This document shows positions 57,512 to 64,000 of a stretch of DNA of 64,000 nucleotides, one piece after another; the first letter of the stretch is position 1; every line of letters begins with the position of its first letter. The DNA is taken from positions 20,575-84,574 of the forward strand of contig JAEEKE010000030.1 in assembly GCA_016282255.1 (NCBI GenBank), read 5' to 3'. Below the pieces are notes generated by a model. It was not told the origin of the DNA, searched no databases, and was given only the letters and a program-made list of their open reading frames with translations. Made by a program: the position numbers and the translations under genes. Source of the stretch: Bacillota bacterium (GTDB lineage Bacteria > Bacillota > Clostridia > Christensenellales > CAG-138).

Positions 57512-59371
57512 ATGAGCAAGACTACTCAAAGGATCATAATCGGCGTTTCGGCGGCGGCTGTTATAACGATGCTCGTCTTCTTTATGAAGGACATCATGGT
57601 GCCCTATATCCGCATGGAGCTGAACAACGATATCGACGGCGCGAAGGAGCTGCTCGTTTCAAAGGGCTTGCTCGGCTGCCTGACCGTGGTGCTCGTTGAG
57701 GCGCTGCAGATGGTCGTCGTGTTCATCCCGGCCGAATTCATACAGATCTCGAGCGGGCTGAGCTACCCGTTTTATCTGGCGCTGCTGCTCTGCGACCTCG
57801 GTGTCTGCCTCGGCGCGTCGCTGATCTACCTGCTCGTGCGCGTGTTCAGCTTCAATAACGACGCCGCTGCGAAGCAGGAAAAGCTGATAGAAAAGATCGC
57901 GAGCTCGCAGAAGAAGGACCGCAGCACCTCGCTTTTGATGTATCTGCTGTTCATCATGCCGCTCGTTCCGTTCGGGGCGATCTGCTATTTCGCGAGCGGA
58001 AGGCGGATCAAATACGGGCGCTATATCCTGACCGTAGCGACGGGCGTCATCCCCTCGATCGTGACCTCCAACCTGATGGGCGCCGCGACGAGGTATTTCA
58101 TAAGCAACCTCCTCCCCCTCCCCGTGCTCATCCTCATCATCGTGGGGCTCGGCGCGCTGCTGCTCGCTTCGCTGATATTCTTCCTTAATAAATTCTATTT
58201 CAAAGAGAACGACAGGACGCCCGATTCGGTGATCTACACCGGTATCTTCCGCGTGGTCGATATCCTGATCGGCAAAAAGCAGCGGCTGCATTTCGACGAC
58301 GCGCTGCTAAAGGACCTGGACGGGCCGTTCGTGGCGATCTGCAACCACGAATCGTTTTACGACTTCTATTATCTTAATAGATTCCTCGGCGATAAGCGCG
58401 CTGCGTTCGTAGCCAACAGGCATATAGTTACTAAGCCGGGCCTGAAAAAGCTCGCTGCAAAATCCGCATTCATACCGAAGAAGCTGTTCGTTCCCGATAT
58501 GGTGACCGCAGTCGGCATCCGCAAGATGCTGCGCGCGGGCTACCCCGTGGCGCTGTTCCCCGAAGGGCGCCTTTCCATCACCGGCTCGCCCTATCCGATA
58601 GTGGACGACAGCGCGGGCTTCCTTAAAAAGATGAAGGCGGATATCCTGCTCGTTAAGATCGAGGGAGCGTATTTCGCCAACCCGAAATGGCGCAGGCGCT
58701 TCTATAGATCCGATATCAACGTCTCCGGCGTCCGCATCATTAAGGCAGAGGAGGCGGCACAGATGACGAACGAAGCGCTTTCCGCGGCCATCGCCGAAGG
58801 GATCTCCTACGACGAATCGAAGCTCGGGCTCAACCGCTACGATAAAAAGGATATGGCAGAGGGGCTTGAGAGCATCCTCTACCGCTGTGCGCACTGCGGT
58901 GCGCTCTACACCACGAAGGGCGTGGGCAGGGAGTTCGTCTGCACCGAATGCGGGAAAAAGCTCACATTCGACGAATACTACCGTTTCGACGGCGAACCGC
59001 ATACGATCGCCGAATACTACGAGCGCATAAAGGCGATGGAGGCGGAAGAGCTCGACGGCCTTTCGCTTGAAGCGGCGGTGAAGACCGTTATCTTCAGCGT
59101 CAAGGGCCGCTACAGGACGCACGACCGCGGCGTCTGCCGGCTGACGAAGGAGGGCTTTTGCTATGCCTCCGAGGATCCCGAAAGGAGCTTCTCGGTCGGC
59201 TTCGACGCGCTGCCCGCGCTGCCGTTCTCCTGCAATCAGGAGTTCGAGACCTATCATGACGACAAGCTCTATTATTTCTACCCCGAGGAAAACAGGCGTC
59301 AGGTAGTGCGCTGGGCGCTTATCGTGGATCTTATAAAGGAGAAGCAAGATGAACAAAAAGCCGACGAATGA
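57512..59371 (+). CDS. VTT/DedA-like membrane domain fused to a lysophospholipid acyltransferase (PlsC-type) domain and a zinc ribbon
   Basis: 619 aa. N-terminal TVP38/SNARE-associated-like TM region, acyltransferase HX4D motif CNHESFYD, FPEGR, and later CAHCG...CTECG. Confidence 0.75.
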   Translation: MSKTTQRIIIGVSAAAVITMLVFFMKDIMVPYIRMELNNDIDGAKELLVSKGLLGCLTVVLVEALQMVVVFIPAEFIQISSGLSYPFYLALLLCDLGVCLGASLIYLLVRVFSFNNDAAAKQEKLIEKIASSQKKDRSTSLLMYLLFIMPLVPFGAICYFASGRRIKYGRYILTVATGVIPSIVTSNLMGAATRYFISNLLPLPVLILIIVGLGALLLASLIFFLNKFYFKENDRTPDSVIYTGIFRVVDILIGKKQRLHFDDALLKDLDGPFVAICNHESFYDFYYLNRFLGDKRAAFVANRHIVTKPGLKKLAAKSAFIPKKLFVPDMVTAVGIRKMLRAGYPVALFPEGRLSITGSPYPIVDDSAGFLKKMKADILLVKIEGAYFANPKWRRRFYRSDINVSGVRIIKAEEAAQMTNEALSAAIAEGISYDESKLGLNRYDKKDMAEGLESILYRCAHCGALYTTKGVGREFVCTECGKKLTFDEYYRFDGEPHTIAEYYERIKAMEAEELDGLSLEAAVKTVIFSVKGRYRTHDRGVCRLTKEGFCYASEDPERSFSVGFDALPALPFSCNQEFETYHDDKLYYFYPEENRRQVVRWALIVDLIKEKQDEQKADE

Positions 59372-60785
59372 CCGTCTGATCGATCTTTCAACGAAGACCT
59401 TCATTCAGGTGACGGCGCTGCTGCTCGCGCTGATGATCGCGGCGATAGTGATGACGTACGTGATCCCCAAGGGCAGCTTCGGCGTGAATCCCGACGGGAG
59501 CACGAACTACCTTGAATACACCCGCGACGACGGCCGGGGCGGCATCCCGCTCTACAAGGGCCTGCTCGCGCCGATACTCGTTTTCTTCTCCGACAACGGG
59601 CTGACGCTCGTCATGCTGTCGCTCTTCCTGATCGTGATCTTCGCGGCGTTCCAGGTCATGAACGATTTCGGGGGCATCCGCGTGCTGGTCGGCGCGGTCT
59701 CCGCGCGTTTTCAGAAGCGCCGCGGCCTGCTGCTTGCCGCCGTCGGCCTTGTATTCATGTGCTTCGGCGCGTTCCTCGGGCAATTCGAGGAGACGCTGAC
59801 GCTGCTGCCCATCGTCGCCGCGCTCACGGTCATGGTGGGGCTCGACTCATTCACCGGCTTTCTTATCAGCACCATCGCCTGCGGCTTCGGCTTTGCGAGC
59901 GCGATAACGAACCCGTTCACGGTGCTGCTGGCGTCGAGCATCATCGGCGCGAATCCGATGGGGCATATCTGGTACAGGATCGTGATCTTCATAGTGATGT
60001 ACCTGCTGCTGATGCTGTTCGTTTACCTCTACGTCAGGCGCATCACGAAGGATCCCTCCGCGAGCCTGACCGCCGCGCACGACGAAAAGCTGCGCGAAAA
60101 AAACGCGCAGCCCGTTGAAAACGAATACAGCCCCGCAGAAGCAAAACGGATCCGCATCACCTATATAGTTTTCCTGCTCGTCTGCCTCGCAATACTGATA
60201 ACCTGCTCCTCGGTCGCCGCGCTGCGCGATTACACGGTCGTGTTCCTTATCGCGTATTTCCTCATATTCGGCCTGCTCGCGGGCATCATCTGCTCCCGTA
60301 AGCCCGGCGCAGTGTTCAAAAGCTTTTTAAAGGGCGCCGTGAGCGCGCTGCCGAGCATCGTGTTCATCGCCATCGCCTCGTCGATCAAATACATCTTCGA
60401 CGAGGGCGGCATCATGCCGACGATCGTGCACCATATAAACGAGCTCGTCGCCGGAAGGAATCTTTTCCTCATAGCGCTGCTGCTCTACGGGATCATCCTC
60501 GTGCTGGAGTTCTTTATCTCCTCCTCCACGGCCAAGGCGATACTCGTGATGGGCATGCTGGCGGTCGTCAACGTGGGCCTTTCAAAGCAGATGCTCGTGC
60601 TCATCTACACCTTTGCCGACGGCTATACGAACGTGCTCTTCCCCACCTCCCCGGTGCTGCTGATCGGGCTTTCGATGATCGAGGTCGACTATTTCAAATG
60701 GGTCAAAAAAAGCGCGCCGCTGTTCGCGGCGAACCTCGCGCTCGTTGTGCTGTTCATCTTCCTCGGTATCGTGATAGGCTACTAA
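59349..60785 (+). CDS. YfcC-family (C4-dicarboxylate anaerobic carrier-like) membrane transporter
   Basis: 478 aa, polytopic. Overall pattern and length match the YfcC family. Overlaps the upstream gene by 23 nt. Confidence 0.7.
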   Translation: MNKKPTNDRLIDLSTKTFIQVTALLLALMIAAIVMTYVIPKGSFGVNPDGSTNYLEYTRDDGRGGIPLYKGLLAPILVFFSDNGLTLVMLSLFLIVIFAAFQVMNDFGGIRVLVGAVSARFQKRRGLLLAAVGLVFMCFGAFLGQFEETLTLLPIVAALTVMVGLDSFTGFLISTIACGFGFASAITNPFTVLLASSIIGANPMGHIWYRIVIFIVMYLLLMLFVYLYVRRITKDPSASLTAAHDEKLREKNAQPVENEYSPAEAKRIRITYIVFLLVCLAILITCSSVAALRDYTVVFLIAYFLIFGLLAGIICSRKPGAVFKSFLKGAVSALPSIVFIAIASSIKYIFDEGGIMPTIVHHINELVAGRNLFLIALLLYGIILVLEFFISSSTAKAILVMGMLAVVNVGLSKQMLVLIYTFADGYTNVLFPTSPVLLIGLSMIEVDYFKWVKKSAPLFAANLALVVLFIFLGIVIGY

Positions 60786-60798
60786 AACCCAAACTCAT

Positions 60799-60844
60799 GC
60801 ATACGGAAAAGGGCCCTCTGCACCGAGGGTCCTTTTCCGTATGC
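60799..60844. terminator. Long hairpin between convergent genes (probable bidirectional terminator)
   Basis: GCATACGGAAAAGGGCCCTC-TGCACC-GAGGGTCCTTTTCCGTATGC, a 20-bp stem with one G.U pair. The U tracts lie inside the stem arms. Confidence 0.55.
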
Positions 60845-60871
60845 TGTGCTGCTGTGCTGCTGTTCCGCACT

Positions 60872-61900
60872 TCAGATATGTTTCAGCAATTCTTCACGAA
60901 CCGCGTCCATCCTCTCGTCCGAAAGACCGAAATCCATCCTGCGATAGCTCCACGCGGCGCGGCCTATGCCGTAATGGAGGAAGGCGGCGTTGATCATGCG
61001 GTACCATGCGAGCGCATCCTCGGGCGAAGCCTTGTCGATAACGCCGTATTCGCCGCAGTAGAGCGGCACGCTCTTTGCTTCCGCCGCCGCGACAGCCTCC
61101 GCCATAAAGGAGATGAAGAACTCGGTTGAAAGCCCTTCTTCGGACGGCAGCGCGTCGAGATCCACGCAGGAATAGATCTGCGTGCGGCGGCAGGCGGCCG
61201 CCATTTCGCCGTAGGAAGCGTACGCGGGCAGCCTGAGGTCGGGATCCATGGTCTCCATCCAGTACGCGCCCTGATGCGTGAAGATCAGCGGTTCGTAGCA
61301 GTGGAAATTGAAGATGATGTTTTCATCGACGGGGACGTCGATATCCTTTACGGAGACGGCGCTGTTGTGCCAGTACCCGCCCACGAGGATCGGGATCCCG
61401 GGCGCAATAGCGCGGATGCGGGCGATGCATTCGGAGGCGATGCGGTTCCAGACGGGGCCGTATTCCTTTTCGGTGACCTCGTTCAAAAGCTCGAAGGCGA
61501 GCATATCCGTATTGCCGCCGAAACGATCTGCGATGCGCTCCCAAAGCATCAGGAAGCGCTCCTGGTAGTATTCGTTCTCGAAAAAGCCCGCTTCGCCCTC
61601 GTTTTTATCGAAGGAAAAGCCCGCGGTCTTATGCAGGTCGAGCACCATATTGAGCCCGGCTTCCCTGCAGAGGGCGATCGTTTTTTCGAGCCTTAAGTAT
61701 CCGCTTTCGCGCGGCTCGCCGTTTCGGTCCTCAAGCAGCTCGTAATCGACCGGCACTCGCACGTGGTCCGCTCCCCAGCTTTTGATGACCGGGAAGTCCT
61801 CGGGCGTGATGAAGGAATCGTAATGCTCTTCGGTATGCACGCACTGGGAGAACCAGCCGCCTAAGTTTATGCCCTTTTGATAGCCCAGCCAGGTTTTCAC
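60872..61900 (-). CDS. Glycoside hydrolase family 5 (cellulase/beta-glycanase-like), intracellular
   Basis: 342 aa with no signal peptide. GINLGGWF, VRVPVDY and FELLNEV (acid/base Glu) are GH5 motifs. Confidence 0.85.
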   Translation of the reverse strand: MKTWLGYQKGINLGGWFSQCVHTEEHYDSFITPEDFPVIKSWGADHVRVPVDYELLEDRNGEPRESGYLRLEKTIALCREAGLNMVLDLHKTAGFSFDKNEGEAGFFENEYYQERFLMLWERIADRFGGNTDMLAFELLNEVTEKEYGPVWNRIASECIARIRAIAPGIPILVGGYWHNSAVSVKDIDVPVDENIIFNFHCYEPLIFTHQGAYWMETMDPDLRLPAYASYGEMAAACRRTQIYSCVDLDALPSEEGLSTEFFISFMAEAVAAAEAKSVPLYCGEYGVIDKASPEDALAWYRMINAAFLHYGIGRAAWSYRRMDFGLSDERMDAVREELLKHI

Positions 61901-61938
61901 TGCTTTTAGCTCCTTTTCGCTCCTTTATGCTGCCGGTA

Positions 61939-62811
61939 TCAGCCCTTGACGCTGCCGGCGGTGACGCCCTTGATGATGGACTTGGACAGGATGATATAGG
62001 TTATCATGACCGGCAGGATCGCCAGAAGGATGAACATATAGACCTTACCCATATCGAACTTGGAATAGTCCGCGCTCCTGAGCTGTGCGATCATGATCGG
62101 GACGGTCTTCATATCCGCCTTGTCGAGCAGCAGCGCCGGGATGAAGTAGTTGTTCCAGGAGCTGACGAACGAGAAGATCATCTGCACCGCGAGCGCGGGC
62201 TTGATCATGGGCAGCACGATCGTGTTGAAGGTGCGGAATTCGCCGGAGCCGTCCACACGGGCCGCGTCGATGACGTCGAGCGGGAGGACGCTTTCCATGT
62301 ACTGCTTCATGTAGAAGAATACGACGGGAGCGGCGATGCCCGGAACGATCAGCGGGATGTAGCTGTTGGTCATGTTCAGCTTGAGCATCATCTGATAGAA
62401 GCCGAGCGCGGAGACCTGGGCGGGGATCATCATGATGGCCATGATGAAGGTGAAGACGAATTTCTTGCCCTTAAAGTCGTAGGCATGGACGCCGAACGCG
62501 GTGAGGGCCGAGAAATAGGTCGTGATAACTGCCGTTGAAAGCGCCACGATGAGGCTGTTGAGCATGCCGCGCGGGATATTGATGGAGCTGTCGTTCCACG
62601 CGTTGACAAAGTTCTTGAAGAAATTGCCCTGCGGCACGAGCGAGAAGCCCGTTGCAAGCTGTGCGTTCGACCTGGTCGAGTTGATGATCATCAGGTAGAA
62701 GAAGAACAGGCAGAGGATGCACAGGAAGATCAGGATCGAGTAAACGACTATACGCATCAGCGTCAGCTTGATCTTGCCGGCGGTATTTGCGCTGTTGGAA
62801 TTTTTCATCAT
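61939..62811 (-). CDS. Carbohydrate ABC transporter permease (MalG-type)
   Basis: 290 aa, 6 TM helices, EAA loop AARVDGSGEFRTFNTIVLPMIKPAL. Confidence 0.9.
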   Translation of the reverse strand: MMKNSNSANTAGKIKLTLMRIVVYSILIFLCILCLFFFYLMIINSTRSNAQLATGFSLVPQGNFFKNFVNAWNDSSINIPRGMLNSLIVALSTAVITTYFSALTAFGVHAYDFKGKKFVFTFIMAIMMIPAQVSALGFYQMMLKLNMTNSYIPLIVPGIAAPVVFFYMKQYMESVLPLDVIDAARVDGSGEFRTFNTIVLPMIKPALAVQMIFSFVSSWNNYFIPALLLDKADMKTVPIMIAQLRSADYSKFDMGKVYMFILLAILPVMITYIILSKSIIKGVTAGSVKG

Positions 62812-63800
62812 ATAACGTTGCCCCTCCTTTCCCTGTGAGGCCTCTTCTGGTCCTTATACTGAGCGGAGAGCATCCTGTAAACGATCGCGCCGAGGACGCC
62901 GGTGATAATGAAGATGATCACGGAGATCGCGCCGGCCATGCCGAAGTTCTTGTTCTTAAGGTAATTGTTGAGATACATGACGAGAGTCCTCGTCGTCTCA
63001 TTGGGCTGGCCCTTGCCGTTGGTCAGGACCTGCGGCACGTCGAACATCTGGATGCCGCCGATAAGAGCGGTGATCAGGCAGTAGACGAAGATCGGCATGA
63101 GCAGGGGCATCGTGACCTTGAAGAAGACCTGAACGGAGTTCGCGCCGTCGATCGTGGCGGACTCGAACAGGCTCTGGTCGATGCCCATGATGCCCGACAT
63201 CAGAACGATCGTGGTGTTGCCGAACCACATAAGGAAGTTCATCAGGGCGATCATGCCGCGTACAGTCACACGGTGCGAGAAGAAATCGAAGCTTTGATCC
63301 AGCACCCCCCAGTTTTCAAGCAGGCCCTGGATGGGACCGACGCGGGAGAAGAGCGTGTAGAACAGCATCGAGAACGCCGCCGCCATGATCAGGTTGGGCA
63401 TGTAGATGACCGTCTTGAAGAAGCCCTGCCCCTTGATGTTGAGCCGGTAGCTCGTGAAGAACAGCGCAAGAAGCATCGCTATCACGAACTGCGGCACGGC
63501 GCCGAGGATCCACATAATGAGGGTGTTCCCGGCATATTTGAGTATCAGTATCGTGCCGCCGGAATCCGCCGTGAACAGCTCCTTGTAGTTCGCGAGCCCG
63601 ACGTAGTTCGGGCCGACCTGGCTCAGGCCGATGCGGTAATTCTCAAAAAAGCTGTTGTAAATGGTCAGGAACTGAGGTACCAGCGTGAACACGATGTAGG
63701 CAATGAAAAACGGCGCTATGAAAATGTATCCCCATTTCGCATAGCTGACGGATTTCAGCTTGCCGTCCCTTGTCAGCATCGGTTTTTCCATCGGATTCAT
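62808..63800 (-). CDS. Carbohydrate ABC transporter permease (MalF-type)
   Basis: 330 aa, 6 TM helices, EAA loop SATIDGANSVQVFFKVTMPLLMP. Has a 4-nt overlap with the downstream permease. Confidence 0.9.
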   Translation of the reverse strand: MNPMEKPMLTRDGKLKSVSYAKWGYIFIAPFFIAYIVFTLVPQFLTIYNSFFENYRIGLSQVGPNYVGLANYKELFTADSGGTILILKYAGNTLIMWILGAVPQFVIAMLLALFFTSYRLNIKGQGFFKTVIYMPNLIMAAAFSMLFYTLFSRVGPIQGLLENWGVLDQSFDFFSHRVTVRGMIALMNFLMWFGNTTIVLMSGIMGIDQSLFESATIDGANSVQVFFKVTMPLLMPIFVYCLITALIGGIQMFDVPQVLTNGKGQPNETTRTLVMYLNNYLKNKNFGMAGAISVIIFIITGVLGAIVYRMLSAQYKDQKRPHRERRGNVI

Positions 63801-63865
63801 CTCCTCCGTTGAGGCTTAATTAAACACTGCGGCAGGGTGCTCCCCTGCCGCAGTATTGAGTAGGA

Positions 63866-64000
63866 TCAGGCTTCGGGAAGCTTGATGTTCTGGTAGGTCT
63901 CCTTGACGTACTGGTAGAAGTTCTTCATAGCGGTCTCCTTGTCGACGGAACCGTTGTAGAACTCCTGCAGCTTGTTCTGCAGGCCCTCGTTGAGGAGCTG
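63866..64000 (-). CDS. ABC transporter extracellular solute-binding protein (C-terminal 44 aa only; gene runs off the right edge)
   Basis: The reverse complement reads ...QLLNEGLQNKLQEFYNGSVDKETAMKNFYQYVKETYQNIKLPEA*. Its position upstream of two sugar permeases supports the call. A hairpin CTGCGGCAGG...CCTGCCGCAG follows at 63830-63856. Confidence 0.6.
   Translation of the reverse strand, partial: QLLNEGLQNKLQEFYNGSVDKETAMKNFYQYVKETYQNIKLPEA

Overview
This is a high-GC segment (about 55-60% judged from sampled lines, not computed) of a Firmicutes/Clostridia-type chromosome. Supporting genes are CotF-like spore-coat genes, lon, lplA, icd, mscL and an RNase G/radical-SAM trio. I saw no rRNA, tRNA, CRISPR array, transposase, integrase or prophage genes.

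The window is dominated by a two-part exopolysaccharide/capsule (EPS) supra-locus.

Part 1 (1-12626, minus strand) encodes an ABC exporter, a CpsB-type Tyr phosphatase and an Ig-like membrane protein. It also carries two tandem Wzz-fused BY tyrosine kinases with very long (xYG)n tails and a phosphoglycosyl transferase. It ends with a non-sugar decoration module: HpcH-type aldolase, D-2-hydroxyacid dehydrogenase, ATP-grasp, AsnB-like PP-loop ligase and a GT4 glycosyltransferase.

Part 2 (33874-52429) encodes an orphan PqqD protein, an XRE-HTH::UDP-glucose dehydrogenase fusion and a UDP-GlcA 4-epimerase. It continues with a MurJ/Wzx-type flippase, LicD, Wzy, a TupA-like ATP-grasp and PglA/D/C/E/F-like genes. 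An LCP ligase, a second NTP_transf_5 protein and a metallophosphoesterase complete it.

The most unusual block is 12.6-20.7 kb. A perfect consensus promoter drives a 1602-aa secreted Flg_new-repeat protein and a 94-aa Trp-rich protein with a calcium-loop motif. A hairpin follows, then a tightly coupled set of HprK-like P-loop kinase, PqqD (RRE-type chaperone), acidic lipoprotein and NTP_transf_5 nucleotidyltransferase. This is a RiPP-style tailoring set with no RiPP core enzyme nearby, embedded in an EPS locus and divergent from an exporter that looks leaderless.

The regions 20.7-33.6 kb and 52.6-64 kb hold ordinary housekeeping, metabolic and sugar-transport genes.

Many long ORFs in the supplied track are antisense shadows of real genes, as expected for GC-rich DNA. 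All family assignments come from motif recognition by eye. No database search was run.
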